Both the position numbers and the translations under genes were made by a program. From Clostridia bacterium (GTDB taxonomy: Bacteria > Bacillota > Clostridia > Oscillospirales > CAG-272), in the NCBI GenBank assembly GCA_017621415.1, contig JAGATD010000053.1, positions 96 to 64,095 of the forward strand: DNA of 64,000 bases. The letters run 5' to 3'. Below, piece by piece: positions 27,615-37,657 of the stretch; the first letter of the stretch is position 1, and the number at the start of each line of letters is the position of its first letter. The notes under the pieces are model-generated. The model was not told the origin of the DNA, made no database searches, and worked only from the letters and a program-made list of their open reading frames with translations.

Positions 27615-28853
27615 ATGAAAGCTGACTTGGTTATAATTGGCGGCGGCCCCGCAGGCATGGCGGCAGCTGTTTCTGCCCGTGAGGCAGGTGTTAAGGATAT
27701 TCTTATTCTTGAGCGTGATGAGGCTCTTGGCGGAATTCTCAGGCAGTGTATTCACAACGGATTTGGTCTTCACCGCTTTGGAGAGGAGCTCACAGGTCCC
27801 GAATATGCCGCAAGATATGAGGAGATGGTGAAAAATATGGGTATCCCCTATATGACAGGCACCATCGTAATAGAGATAAATGATAAAAAGCAGGTAACTG
27901 CCATGAGTCCCGAAAAGGGAATTTTCACAATAGATGCAGGTGCGGTAATTCTGGCTATGGGCTGTCGTGAAAGACCTAAGGGCGCGCTTAACATAGCGGG
28001 TACAAGACCTGCGGGAATTTACACCGCGGGAACTGCGCAGAAGTTCGTTAATATGAAAGGCTATATGCCGGGCAAAAAGGTTGTAATTCTCGGCTCGGGT
28101 GATATCGGTCTTATCATGGCGAGAAGAATGACCCTTGAGGGGGCTGAGGTAAAGGCTGTTTGCGAGCTTATGCCTTATTCGGGCGGTCTTGCAAGAAATA
28201 TTGAACAGTGCTTGAATGATTTTAACATTCCTCTTCTTCTTTCCCATACCGTTGTTGACATTAAGGGCAAGGAGCGTCTCGAGGGTGTAACCATTGCCAA
28301 GGTTGATGAAAACAGAGCGCCCATTCCCGGCTCTGAGCAGTATATTGAGTGCGATACGCTTCTTTTATCCTGCGGTCTCATCCCGGAAAACGAGCTTACC
28401 CGTTCGGCAGGTATTGAGCTTGACAGAGTTACGGGCGGAGCTGTTGTAAACGGCAACAGAGAAACAGAAATCCCCGGAATATTTGCTTGCGGAAACGTGC
28501 TTCACGTTCATGACCTTGTCGACTATGTTTCGGAGGAGGCTGCGATTGCGGGACAGGCTGCTGCCGAATATCTTGGGGGCAACAGTGCGGCGGCTCTTTC
28601 CATAAAGGTAAAGGGTGTATCAGGTGTGCGCTACACCGTGCCTCAGATAATAAGCGCTGCCGTGGAGACAAAGATATACTTCCGTGTGGGAAATGTTATG
28701 CGTGACAAGCACCTTGTAGTACGTGACGGCGAGAGGGAAATTGTTAAAAAGAAAAAGTTAAAGCTTGCTCCTGCCGAAATGGAGACCGTTACTCTAACGA
28801 AAGAGATGATAGAGGCGCTTGAGCATAATGAAATTACTGTGGGTATAGAATAA
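27615..28853 (+). CDS. FAD/NAD(P)-binding pyridine-nucleotide-disulfide-type oxidoreductase
   Basis: Two Rossmann motifs: VIIGGGPAGMAAA and VVILGSGDIG. Confidence 0.75.
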   Translation: MKADLVIIGGGPAGMAAAVSAREAGVKDILILERDEALGGILRQCIHNGFGLHRFGEELTGPEYAARYEEMVKNMGIPYMTGTIVIEINDKKQVTAMSPEKGIFTIDAGAVILAMGCRERPKGALNIAGTRPAGIYTAGTAQKFVNMKGYMPGKKVVILGSGDIGLIMARRMTLEGAEVKAVCELMPYSGGLARNIEQCLNDFNIPLLLSHTVVDIKGKERLEGVTIAKVDENRAPIPGSEQYIECDTLLLSCGLIPENELTRSAGIELDRVTGGAVVNGNRETEIPGIFACGNVLHVHDLVDYVSEEAAIAGQAAAEYLGGNSAAALSIKVKGVSGVRYTVPQIISAAVETKIYFRVGNVMRDKHLVVRDGEREIVKKKKLKLAPAEMETVTLTKEMIEALEHNEITVGIE

Positions 28854-28866
28854 GGAGGTAAAAATT

Positions 28867-29223
28867 ATGTCTAAAATAAGAAAGCTTACCTGTATTGTGT
28901 GCCCCAGAGGCTGTGAAATGGAGGTTACCCTTGGCGGCGGCGGAGAGGTTATCTCTGTTTCGGGTAATGCCTGCAAGAGAGGCGCAGTTTATTCAAATGA
29001 TGAGTGTACACACCCCCGCCGTACAGTTACCTCAACAGTAAGGCTTGAAGACGGAAGCCCTTTGGCGGTAAAAACCTCCTCTACTGTTCCTAAGGAAAAA
29101 ATATTTGAGGTTATGGCAGAAATAAACCGCGCTGTAGCAAAGCGCGGCACTAAAATAGGTGATGTTATAATTGAAGATGTTGCAGGTACGGGTGTTTCGG
29201 TGGTTGCAACCGCTAATTCTTGA
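28867..29223 (+). CDS. DUF1667 protein
   Basis: 118 aa with LTCIVCPRGCEM...GNACKRG. It is the usual third gene of this trio. Confidence 0.75.
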   Translation: MSKIRKLTCIVCPRGCEMEVTLGGGGEVISVSGNACKRGAVYSNDECTHPRRTVTSTVRLEDGSPLAVKTSSTVPKEKIFEVMAEINRAVAKRGTKIGDVIIEDVAGTGVSVVATANS

Positions 29224-29279
29224 TTAGGAGTTAGGAGATAGGGGATAGGAGTTAGGAGCTAGGAGATAGGGAATAGCGA
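29224..29279 (+). repeat. Heptamer microsatellite (WTAGGAG) x8
   Basis: TTAGGAG TTAGGAG ATAGGGG ATAGGAG TTAGGAG CTAGGAG ATAGGGA ATAGCGA. The array starts directly after the stop codon. Confidence 0.9.
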
Positions 29280-29291
29280 GAGAATAAAGAA

Positions 29292-29316
29292 AAGACCGTT
29301 CAAGCCGAACGGTCTT
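29292..29316. terminator. Bidirectional terminator
   Basis: AAGACCGTT pairs with AACGGTCTT, flanked by A and T runs. Confidence 0.7.
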
Positions 29317-29331
29317 TTCGAATAATGTATA

Positions 29332-30072
29332 TTATTGGTTGGTTCCCTCTTCGGGAGTTGTGGTCTCAGCGGGTCTTGTTGTAGTAGCACCGCAAGGACA
29401 AGTACCATTCTCTATAGTGTTATCGTTTTCGTCAACTTTCCACTCATAAACGTGAACATCGGGATCTTTTTGTGTTTCAATCTGCTTTTCGATAACATTA
29501 CCGCAAACTTTGCAGCTCTGTTCAGCAGTGAGGCCGGTTTCCTGGCAGGTAGCAGCCTTTGCTTCCTTGGTTACCTCAAGGGTGTGTTCGCCTGTAGGAG
29601 GAACTATTGTGGGCTCTTTGATGGTGTTGTAGCAAACTGAGCAGTGAGTACCGCCGGTAGAGCCTGCTTTGGTACAGGTTGCGGGAACCTCAGCGTTAGC
29701 AACCTCTGTGTGCGCAAGCTTAGGAATAATGGTGGATTCCTTTACGAAAGTAAGACAAGCATTACATCTTGCACCCTCGGTCTGTCCTGCGCTCTCGCAT
29801 GTAGCTGCTATAGCGGGAATTTTAACGGTTGTACCAACGTGGTTATATGCTGCGATAGGAGTCATACCCTCAACAGCCTTACCGCACTTAGTGCACATCT
29901 TACCCGCGGTGTAGCCGGCTTCAAAGCAGTCAGCCTTTTTAGCCTCTACCTCAACAATCTTATCTTCGGGGTGATCACACTTTTTCTTATCATCGTCGTT
30001 ATCGCTGCACGAAGCCATGGTAAATATAGTAAGTGCAAGAACTAACATTGCCAAAAATAACTTTTTCATCAA
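29332..30072 (-). CDS. Lipoprotein with Cys-rich repeat modules related to those at 3874-5952
   Basis: Lipobox TMASC. Repeated ATC..(A/T)G.T.G..C..C modules. Thr/Pro-rich tail. Confidence 0.7.
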   Translation of the reverse strand: MMKKLFLAMLVLALTIFTMASCSDNDDDKKKCDHPEDKIVEVEAKKADCFEAGYTAGKMCTKCGKAVEGMTPIAAYNHVGTTVKIPAIAATCESAGQTEGARCNACLTFVKESTIIPKLAHTEVANAEVPATCTKAGSTGGTHCSVCYNTIKEPTIVPPTGEHTLEVTKEAKAATCQETGLTAEQSCKVCGNVIEKQIETQKDPDVHVYEWKVDENDNTIENGTCPCGATTTRPAETTTPEEGTNQ

Positions 30073-30242
30073 TCAATCTACCTTTCAAGGATATTTTTGT
30101 ACATCTATTTTATAACATATGATTCTTAAAGTCAAGGGATGAAGTCAAGGAAAAATAAATAAAATCAAAAAAAATCGGTTCGTTGCTAAATTTTTTTCCT
30201 GAGTTTTGTGCAATTTACCCAACAGGACAGAAAAATGCGCTT

Positions 30243-31190
30243 CTATACAAGCCTTCTGTCGGGTCCGACAAAGCAGAGAACACGGTAGTCGGAGCCAATA
30301 AGCCTGGAATAAATTCTATCCTCGTATCTTGACAAAAGCTCTTGCTGGTCAAGATTCGTTGAAATTATTGTGGACAGTCCGCGGTTTTGCCTTGTGTTTA
30401 TCAGGTTGTATATGCAGGAAACGGTAAAGGGAGTTGCAAACTCTGTGCCCAGGTCATCCATAATGAGCAGATCGCATTTCAGATACTTTTCCGCAAGCGG
30501 CTCAGCCTGAGAGTATGCGTTTTTAAATCTGTCGGTTTCAAAATCCGACATTATGTTTTGGGTGGTGTCATAAATAACATCAAAGCCGGACTTGATAATC
30601 TCTCTTGCGATTGCGGTTGAAAGATGTGTCTTTCCTGTTCCTGTTTTTCCCACAAACAATAAATTTCCAGGCTCGGTTCTGAAATTCTCGACAAAGCGCT
30701 TTGCTACCTCAAGGTTGTTCTTCATACGCTTGTATATACGTTCGTCTTTTTCGTATATACCCAGCTCGAAATTATCAAATGACTGCTTCTCAATGAGATT
30801 GCCTATTCCTGAGGAGGCAATAGTAGCCTTTATCAGCTCTTCCTTTAAGCATGAGCAGACCTTGCTGCCGCCAACATATCCTGTATCACGGCAAAGGGGG
30901 CAGGTGTAGTGAACATCGGTGTAGTCCTCAGGATATCCAAGAGAAACAATTATCTCACGTCTTTTTTTGTTAAGCTCTTGGTTTCTTTCTTTAAGAGGGA
31001 TAAGGTCCTCGCCCGCAAGAGCCGCTTTAAAAAGCTTCATACCCGTGCCCGAAAGTTCTCTATCTATTTCGGCAATTTCTGCAGATTTTGCTCTCAGATC
31101 GGCAGATCTTGAATCTGCCTCTGCCTCTGCGGCAAGACGGCGGCGCTCTATCTCTGCTTTTACCGCTGTATATTTCTCATAATTGTACAT
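30243..31190 (-). CDS. DnaC/DnaI-family helicase-loader ATPase
   Basis: Walker A GKTGTGKTHL, Walker B LLIMDDLG, and Zn-ribbon-like CPLCRDTGY. Confidence 0.75.
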   Translation of the reverse strand: MYNYEKYTAVKAEIERRRLAAEAEADSRSADLRAKSAEIAEIDRELSGTGMKLFKAALAGEDLIPLKERNQELNKKRREIIVSLGYPEDYTDVHYTCPLCRDTGYVGGSKVCSCLKEELIKATIASSGIGNLIEKQSFDNFELGIYEKDERIYKRMKNNLEVAKRFVENFRTEPGNLLFVGKTGTGKTHLSTAIAREIIKSGFDVIYDTTQNIMSDFETDRFKNAYSQAEPLAEKYLKCDLLIMDDLGTEFATPFTVSCIYNLINTRQNRGLSTIISTNLDQQELLSRYEDRIYSRLIGSDYRVLCFVGPDRRLV

Positions 31191-31249
31191 ATCAGATTTC
31201 CTCTATGTGTTTTATTGTAACTATAGTTCCTCGGTTCCTTAATTGATCG

Positions 31250-32200
31250 TTAATCCTCATAGCTTCTTGCAAGGGCCTTTGCAAATGCGTCATCAACATC
31301 AAAATCACCGTACCTCGGTTTTGGCGGCTCGGATTTTGAGCGTCCTCTTTTAGCAGTATCTGAGGATTTAGTCTCCGACTTTGATATAGAGCGCAAAGCC
31401 TTGCATTCCTCCAGTGTCTTGCAGCCTGCCTCGTGCCATGAGGACAGTATTTTATCCATGTAGGCAAATGAGAGGTCGCCGGTATTCATAACACAAATGT
31501 CATAAGCCTCGCTTATAATAACAGGGGAGTAGGCGAATGTATCAAACCACTTTCTTATCATAGCCTGCTCGCCTGCGGAAAATGTTCTTTTCCATACACC
31601 GATAATTCTTCGCATTTCATACTCGTTTGAGCTTTCCTGCTCCTTGTCCTTAAGGTAAATTTCCAAATCCTCGGTGGTGGATATTCCCTTAGAGGAGAGA
31701 GCAATCGCTCTGTCCCGGAGAGTCGGTGCTGTCAAATGGTTTTTTGCGGCAAGGTGAGCCGCCAAGGTCAGAATATAGTCCGGAGTCAGCGAATACTGGT
31801 CTGCAAGACCTACAATACACTTTACCTCCTCGGTTGTAAGAGCAGGTTTTTTTAACAAGACCGCGCACTCTTCAATAAGCTCGGAGAGTCCCTCGTCGCG
31901 AATAGACTCGGCAACCTCCTTGGCGGGGGTCTCCATCAGCTCGCACGGACGCAGTCTGTCGGCAAATTCTTCTTTCACGGTGGCTTCCGCACACTCTTCG
32001 ATAACCCCCTCTGCAAGCCAAAGAGCTATTGCGCTTTTTGCTCTTGCCTGAGAAACGCCTGCCGCGGCAGCAATGTCCGAGTCGGATATTCCCTTGGCAA
32101 AGCTTACCGCAACAAGAACCCTTAGCTCCTCCTTTGAGGCCTCGGAAAAGCAGGAGGCGGTAGCGGGGTTTTTACCCTCTTTGATTTTGTAATTACTCAT
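31250..32200 (-). CDS. DnaD-domain replication initiation protein
   Basis: C-terminal DnaD/DnaB_2-like block (IRKWFDTFAYSPVIISEAYDICV...YMDKILSSW). It lies directly upstream of the loader ATPase gene. Confidence 0.7.
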   Translation of the reverse strand: MSNYKIKEGKNPATASCFSEASKEELRVLVAVSFAKGISDSDIAAAAGVSQARAKSAIALWLAEGVIEECAEATVKEEFADRLRPCELMETPAKEVAESIRDEGLSELIEECAVLLKKPALTTEEVKCIVGLADQYSLTPDYILTLAAHLAAKNHLTAPTLRDRAIALSSKGISTTEDLEIYLKDKEQESSNEYEMRRIIGVWKRTFSAGEQAMIRKWFDTFAYSPVIISEAYDICVMNTGDLSFAYMDKILSSWHEAGCKTLEECKALRSISKSETKSSDTAKRGRSKSEPPKPRYGDFDVDDAFAKALARSYED

Positions 32201-32912
32201 TTTCGGGAGCCTCGTTTGTCCCCGGAGTGCGGAAATTTTCTTTAATTTCGTAGCAGAGAGTCATAAGCGAGTCGCCAAGATGTATGTTTTCAACTATTAC
32301 TTTTTCGTTATCAAGCTTTAACTCCATATTAGCAAAGTTCCAAAGCCCCTTTACACCTGCATCCGCCATAGTTTTAGCAACCTCATAAGCTGCCTCTTTA
32401 GGAACTGTAAGAACTCCTATGTCAACCGAGTTTTCGGTACAGAAATTATATAGCTCGGATACATGATAAACAGGGATTCCATGTATTTCGGTTCCCACGA
32501 TGCCTTCATTAGAGTCAAAGAGGGCAAGTCTTGTAACTCCTCTGCGACGGAACATATTTGTGGAAGCCAGCGCTCTTCCCAGATTGCCCGCACCGACAAT
32601 TACGGCACTGAATCCCTCGGTAACGCCGAGAAGCTCGCTTATCTTGCCGTGAAGATATTTAATGTTGTAGCCGTACCCTTGCTGACCAAATCCGCCAAAG
32701 CAGTTTAAATCCTGGCGAATCTGTGAAGCGGTAACATTCATAAGCTTTGAAAGCTCGGCGGATGAAATTCTCAGCTGTCCCTCCGCAAGAAGATCGCCAA
32801 GATAGCGGTGGTAGCGGGGAAGCCTTTTGATTACCGCTGAGGGGACCTCGCCCTTTGTCTCTTGGGCAACACGCCTGTCAAATGTGCCGTTTATTTTGTC
32901 AATACTTTCCAT
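32193..32912 (-). CDS. rex: Redox-sensing transcriptional repressor Rex
   Basis: IKRLPRYHRYL...ISS.ELS...ASQIRQDLNCFGGFGQQGYGYN followed by the Rossmann motif VGAGNLG. Confidence 0.9.
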   Translation of the reverse strand: MESIDKINGTFDRRVAQETKGEVPSAVIKRLPRYHRYLGDLLAEGQLRISSAELSKLMNVTASQIRQDLNCFGGFGQQGYGYNIKYLHGKISELLGVTEGFSAVIVGAGNLGRALASTNMFRRRGVTRLALFDSNEGIVGTEIHGIPVYHVSELYNFCTENSVDIGVLTVPKEAAYEVAKTMADAGVKGLWNFANMELKLDNEKVIVENIHLGDSLMTLCYEIKENFRTPGTNEAPENE

Positions 32913-32960
32913 TTATGTAAAGCCTTTCTGCTTAGTTTATTAAATTGTGAGGAATAAATT

Positions 32961-34037
32961 TTAGGTAATTGAATCAAGAGCCGATGCGTTAAGAGAGGAG
33001 TCTGAGACGTTTCCTGCCTTATATTCATAGTAGCCCTGCGCAGCAATCATTGCTCCGTTGTCTCCGCAAAGGGAAATGGGAGGAATAAACAAATTTCTGT
33101 TCATTCTCCGGCAAAGGTCGGTAAGTCTTGCTCTTAAGTGTGAGTTTGCCGCAACACCGCCCGCCATAACAAGGTCGAGCTCAGGGTACTTGGTAAGCGC
33201 CTCGCCTATTTTTTTCGCAACCGCTTCAACCGCCTCAAAGGTGTATCTTGCGGCAAAAAGCTCGGTATCGAGAGCTATACCCGATTGCTCATGGCGGTGA
33301 AGCAGATTTATTGCCGCCGTCTTAAGCCCCGAGAACGAAAAATCAAGGCTGTCGCCCGCAAGTGCGGGGCTTGGCAGAGTCATAGACTTGTCCTTGTAGG
33401 CGGCAGATTTTTTGTACTTCGAATAAAAATCCGTTTTTTCGCCTGTTGCTTTGATAAATCCGCGGGTAGAAAGCTCGTCAAAGCCGCGGCCGGCAGGGTA
33501 GGGGATACCTATAATTCTTCCTATCTTGTCAAAGGACTCGCCAATAGCATCATCTCTTGTTGTACCGATGATTTTGTAGTCGGTGTGGCTTTCAGCAAGA
33601 TAGATTGCCGTATGCCCGCCTGAAACCGCCAGAGCAAGAAATGGAGGCTTCGGAGCCTTGTCCAAAAGGTATGCCGCTGCGATGTGCCCTTTAATATGGT
33701 CAACCGCAACAAGCGGAATACCGTTTGCTGCCGCCAGAGCCTTTGCAAAATTGACTCCCACAAGCAAAGCGCCTATAAGCCCGGGATTCGCGGTAACCGC
33801 AACAAGGCTTATGTCCGCAAGGGTCACACCGGCACTGTCAAGTGCCTCATAGGTTATGCGTGAGATAGCCTCGGTGTGGGCTCGGCTTGCAATTTCCGGT
33901 ACAACGCCTCCGAAAACCCTGTGTGTTTCTATCTGAGAGGCTATAATATTCGATTTTACCGAGAAGCGCTCTCCGTCATAAAAAACAACAGATGCGCTGG
34001 TCTCATCACAGGAGCTTTCAAAAGCTAGAATGTTCAT
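32961..34037 (-). CDS. tsaD: tRNA N6-adenosine threonylcarbamoyltransferase
   Basis: ILAFESSCDETSASVV, HIKGHI, and GGVAAN motifs. Confidence 0.9.
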   Translation of the reverse strand: MNILAFESSCDETSASVVFYDGERFSVKSNIIASQIETHRVFGGVVPEIASRAHTEAISRITYEALDSAGVTLADISLVAVTANPGLIGALLVGVNFAKALAAANGIPLVAVDHIKGHIAAAYLLDKAPKPPFLALAVSGGHTAIYLAESHTDYKIIGTTRDDAIGESFDKIGRIIGIPYPAGRGFDELSTRGFIKATGEKTDFYSKYKKSAAYKDKSMTLPSPALAGDSLDFSFSGLKTAAINLLHRHEQSGIALDTELFAARYTFEAVEAVAKKIGEALTKYPELDLVMAGGVAANSHLRARLTDLCRRMNRNLFIPPISLCGDNGAMIAAQGYYEYKAGNVSDSSLNASALDSIT

Positions 34038-34073
34038 TGTTTTCTCCGAATATGTAAATAATAATTGTCAAAT

Positions 34074-34517
34074 TTAATATTTTTTCTCGCCATAAAGCAT
34101 AATTACAGCATTTTCAATAGGGTTTTGATAATAATTTTTTCTGATGCCTATTTCCTGAAATCCGAAAGCGGAATAAAGGCTTATGGCAGCCTTGTTGCTC
34201 TCCCTGACCTCAAGAAATGCGGTTTCAAGACCGTGACCTCTTTCGGTTTTCATCATGTATGAAAGAAGCCTGTATCCGACACCTCGCTTGCGCTTGTCCT
34301 CTCTTACGGCAATTCTGTATATTTCAGCCTCGGGGGCAATAAGTCTGCCGAAAACATAGCCTATTACCTCCTCTTCCTCCGCGGCTACAAAGCATATTCC
34401 GCCCTCGGAGCAAACGGTAGCGAATATATCCCGCTCACTCCATGGGTCGGCAAATGAAGAAGCCTCAAGAGTGAAAATTTTCGGCACGTCGTCGGGCATA
34501 GCGCGTCTTAAGTCCAT
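34074..34517 (-). CDS. rimI: GNAT acetyltransferase, RimI-like
   Basis: 147 aa with the GNAT core VREDKRKRGVG. It sits next to tsaD. Confidence 0.8.
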   Translation of the reverse strand: MDLRRAMPDDVPKIFTLEASSFADPWSERDIFATVCSEGGICFVAAEEEEVIGYVFGRLIAPEAEIYRIAVREDKRKRGVGYRLLSYMMKTERGHGLETAFLEVRESNKAAISLYSAFGFQEIGIRKNYYQNPIENAVIMLYGEKKY

Positions 34518-34536
34518 AGCTGTTCCTTTCTGGGGG

Positions 34537-34570
34537 TTAGGAGTTAGGGGTTAGGGGTTGGTGTTAGGGC
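34537..34570 (+). repeat. Heptamer microsatellite (TTAGGRG) x5
   Basis: TTAGGAG TTAGGGG TTAGGGG TTGGTG TTAGGGC. It overlaps the last codons and the stop of nrnA on the opposite strand. Confidence 0.85.
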
Positions 34571-35512
34571 GGAGAGAAGAATTTTCGCCGCTTCTTCGGC
34601 GCTCTTCGCCTCAACTGTGCAGCCTGCGGCTCTTATGTGACCGCCTCCGCCGTGAGTTGCGGCAATTTCGGCAACATTTTTACCCGTTGAACGTAATGAT
34701 GCCTTAAACTTTCCGTCATCGGTTTCCTTGACCACAAACGAGCAGATAGCGCCCATAAGGGTACGCACAACGTCAATAGCACATTCAAAAGAGGTAAACG
34801 GCAATCCCATCTTATCTCTCTCGGCTTTTGTTATCACCGCATAGGCAATTTTACCGGCGTCAGCAGTTTTTATTTTTGTTGCAACATAGCCCTCTGCTCT
34901 TAGCTGAAGCTCGGGCTTTGAGTGAAACAGGAGTCTGTTTATTTCGGCATGGTTAATGTCAAATGAAATAAGCCTTGCAGCAGCAAGATAGGTATCTTTT
35001 TTGGCGGAAGAGAAGATAAATCCGCCTGTATCAGAGCTTATAGCCGCATAGAGCAGTGCGGCAATTTGTTTATCAATAGTGATTAACCCTCTTTCCTCAA
35101 GACGGCATGCAATGTTATAAAGCACCTCACCCGCGCTTGATGCAGACGCATCTGTATAATGGGGAGCAAAGGGAGTGCCTACTGCATGGTGGTCTATCAT
35201 AAGCTTAATGTTAAGCCTTTTTATGATATCACCAAGCTGAGCAGGCGAGGCAACGTCAATAGAGACCGCCTCAAGACCCTCATATTCATCAAGACGTGTA
35301 AGACCTTTTGTAAGGAATGAAAGGCGCTCGGGTATTATATCCTGAGAGGTGTAGTATACCTTTTTGTTAAGTCTTTCAAAAATCCTGCAAAGAGCAGCGC
35401 CCGAGCCAACAGTATCACCGTCGGGGCGCACGTGCATAACGACTATCGGTTTTTCAATTTTTAAAAGCTCGTCGACGCATTCATCAAGAGTCAAAGCTTT
35501 AAAATCGGCCAT
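34544..35512 (-). CDS. nrnA: DHH/DHHA1 phosphoesterase (NrnA-like)
   Basis: Motifs HVRPDGDTVGS, DHH and GGGH. Start set at MADFK. Confidence 0.8.
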   Translation of the reverse strand: MADFKALTLDECVDELLKIEKPIVVMHVRPDGDTVGSGAALCRIFERLNKKVYYTSQDIIPERLSFLTKGLTRLDEYEGLEAVSIDVASPAQLGDIIKRLNIKLMIDHHAVGTPFAPHYTDASASSAGEVLYNIACRLEERGLITIDKQIAALLYAAISSDTGGFIFSSAKKDTYLAAARLISFDINHAEINRLLFHSKPELQLRAEGYVATKIKTADAGKIAYAVITKAERDKMGLPFTSFECAIDVVRTLMGAICSFVVKETDDGKFKASLRSTGKNVAEIAATHGGGGHIRAAGCTVEAKSAEEAAKILLSALTPTPNP

Positions 35513-35888
35513 TTTCCTTGTCCTTTGCCTCACTGTTTTTCAGTTTTTCATCGTTTATCCTTATTTCCTCCAGCGCCTTTGCTATTCTTGCGCCATGCTC
35601 GATAGAGCCGTCTTTTACGAATCTAAGCTCGGGAGTTATACGGAGATTTAATGTTACCGCCAGGTGATGTCTTAACATTCCCGTGCACTTCTTGAGTCCC
35701 TCGGCTGCCTCGTCAGAGTCGCCTATGCAGGAGAAGTAAACGCTGGCAAATTTGAGGTCTGGAGCAACATCGGCTCTAGTAATGCTGACAAAGTTGTTCT
35801 GCACCTTGGGCTCTCTTACCTCGCGCAGAGCAACTGCCAGCTCCTCGGCAACTGCATCGTTTATTCTTCCTCTTCTGTATTTTGCCAT
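35499..35888 (-). CDS. rbfA: Ribosome-binding factor A
   Basis: RINDAVAEELA......V.....VSITRADVAPDLKFASVYF. Confidence 0.85.
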   Translation of the reverse strand: MAKYRRGRINDAVAEELAVALREVREPKVQNNFVSITRADVAPDLKFASVYFSCIGDSDEAAEGLKKCTGMLRHHLAVTLNLRITPELRFVKDGSIEHGARIAKALEEIRINDEKLKNSEAKDKENGRF

Positions 35889-35906
35889 TTTTATATATCC
35901 TTTCTT

Positions 35907-36587
35907 TTATTCGGTATAAAGGCAAACGCCCCTCTCCATTTTTTCGGCTTGGATTTCCGAAAGCAGGGCAATCGCCCCCTCTTTTGCGGAATTTACTATT
36001 TTCACCCTCGGCAAAAGAGCCGAAAGAGTTTTTTCCAAATGAGAAAAATGAGTGCAGCCAAGCACCAATGTGTCGGGGTTTGCGGATTTGATTTTTTGAC
36101 TTACATTAAAAACAGTTTTATATCCCTTTTCGGTCAGGTTTCCGTCGTGCTCGCCCGATTCAACAAGAGAAACAAGCTCCTGGGCGCAGATTTGCGCAAC
36201 CTCCGCTTTTGAAAAGTAAGCGATTTTTTGCTTAAAGATCGATGATTCCACGGTATGCTCGGTTGCGATAACTGCAATTTTTCGCCCCCTTGACGCAAGG
36301 AGCGCCGCAGGCTCGATTATGGGCAGGGATATTTTTTTCAGCTCATTGTCTAAATGCTCATAAACCGAGGATGCCGTGCAACAGGCAATAAGACAAATCC
36401 TGCATCCGTAATTCTTAAGGCGCAAGATATCATTTGATACAAGCGAGATTAGCTCTTCTTTGCTTTTTGTGCCGTAGGGGGCATTCTTTCGGTCTGCAAG
36501 ATAAATTATATTTTCTGCTTTCAGCCGGCTTCGCAGCACTCTCGCTGAAGCAAGCCCCCCGACACCGCTGTCAAACACACCAATCAC
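35907..36587 (-). CDS. murI: Glutamate racemase
   Basis: IGVFDSGVGGL and two Cys-containing motifs (ACCTAS, LGCTHF). The GTG start overlaps the ddl stop (GTGA). Confidence 0.85.
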   Translation of the reverse strand: MIGVFDSGVGGLASARVLRSRLKAENIIYLADRKNAPYGTKSKEELISLVSNDILRLKNYGCRICLIACCTASSVYEHLDNELKKISLPIIEPAALLASRGRKIAVIATEHTVESSIFKQKIAYFSKAEVAQICAQELVSLVESGEHDGNLTEKGYKTVFNVSQKIKSANPDTLVLGCTHFSHLEKTLSALLPRVKIVNSAKEGAIALLSEIQAEKMERGVCLYTE

Positions 36588-37597
36588 AGCGAAGCACCCT
36601 TTATAAGGCGTGTAATAAGCTCTCGCGGAGCAATTCCGCATCTCTCTATGAGCCTTGGATAAAGGCTGGCAGCTGTAAAGCCCGGCATGGTATTTATCTC
36701 GTTAAAAACAATACCGCCGTCATCTGTTAAAAAGAAATCTATTCTTGACAGCTGTTTTATATCAAGGCAGGAGCAAAGGCTTTCCGCATAGCTCGTTACA
36801 GCACTGTAAACTCCTTGAGTTATGGGAGCAAAGGGGGTGGCAGATGCTCCGCCAAAGTATTTTTTGTCAAAATCATAGAAGCCGCCGCCCGTGCTTACAG
36901 CTCCGATTTTTGTAAATATTTGTTTACCGTCAATAAGCACGGCACATTCTAATTCAAGTCTTACAGATATCGCCTCTTCAGCGATAACTCTGTTACCGTA
37001 TTTTGCCGCTTTAAGATAAGCCTCTGAGAAATCCTCGCTCCTCTCTATTCGGGAAATGCCTATCGAGCTTCCGCCGACCGAGGGCTTGATAAACATAGGG
37101 TATCCAAATGCAAGCTCTGCTTTTAGCTTGATTTTTTCAATATAGCCGTCTGTGGGCTCTTCGTTTCCGAGAACCCAAGGGGCGGTAGGTACAGATGCCG
37201 CCTCGGCAATTTGCTTTGTGAGAGCCTTGTCGGCAGACAGCGCGCCTGAGCAGGTCTTGCAGCCTACAAAGGGAATCCCCGCACAGGTAAGTGCGCCTTG
37301 GATTATTCCGTCCTCGCCAAAGTCACCGTGCAGCACGGGAAATGCGGCAAAAAGAGGAATAAATCCCTCCGCCGTCATAAGTCCGCAACCGCATTTGGTT
37401 CTAGCAGGATAGCAGGCAAGTCCCTCTGTCTTTTCATCGGGCGCTTTGATAAACCACAGTCCGTTTTTAGCAATAAAAACAGGCAATGGAGAAAAAAGCT
37501 CCCTGTCAATTTCAGATAAAACAAATTTTGCCGAAAGGGCAGAAATTTCACTTTCGGTACCCATACCGCCATAAATAACAGCAACACGATTTTCCAT
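36584..37597 (-). CDS. ddl: D-alanine--D-alanine ligase
   Basis: ATP-grasp layout: VLHGDFGEDG, GYPMFIKP..GGSSIG, and NEINTMPG. Confidence 0.9.
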   Translation of the reverse strand: MENRVAVIYGGMGTESEISALSAKFVLSEIDRELFSPLPVFIAKNGLWFIKAPDEKTEGLACYPARTKCGCGLMTAEGFIPLFAAFPVLHGDFGEDGIIQGALTCAGIPFVGCKTCSGALSADKALTKQIAEAASVPTAPWVLGNEEPTDGYIEKIKLKAELAFGYPMFIKPSVGGSSIGISRIERSEDFSEAYLKAAKYGNRVIAEEAISVRLELECAVLIDGKQIFTKIGAVSTGGGFYDFDKKYFGGASATPFAPITQGVYSAVTSYAESLCSCLDIKQLSRIDFFLTDDGGIVFNEINTMPGFTAASLYPRLIERCGIAPRELITRLIKGASL

Positions 37598-37657
37598 ATT
37601 TTCACCTCGCTTTAGAGTATGAAAAGATGAAAAAACCGTTCCTGCTATGGCTTTTGT

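Noticed and set aside
31192-31467. 91-aa minus-strand ORF overlapping the end of the DnaD-domain gene
   Set aside because: It is out of frame, overlaps a well-supported gene, and has no RBS.
34537-34570. Telomere-like TTAGGG repeats
   Set aside because: The context is a bacterial chromosome interior. The repeat is a heptamer (TTAGGRG), matches the 29224-29279 array, and overlaps a CDS end.
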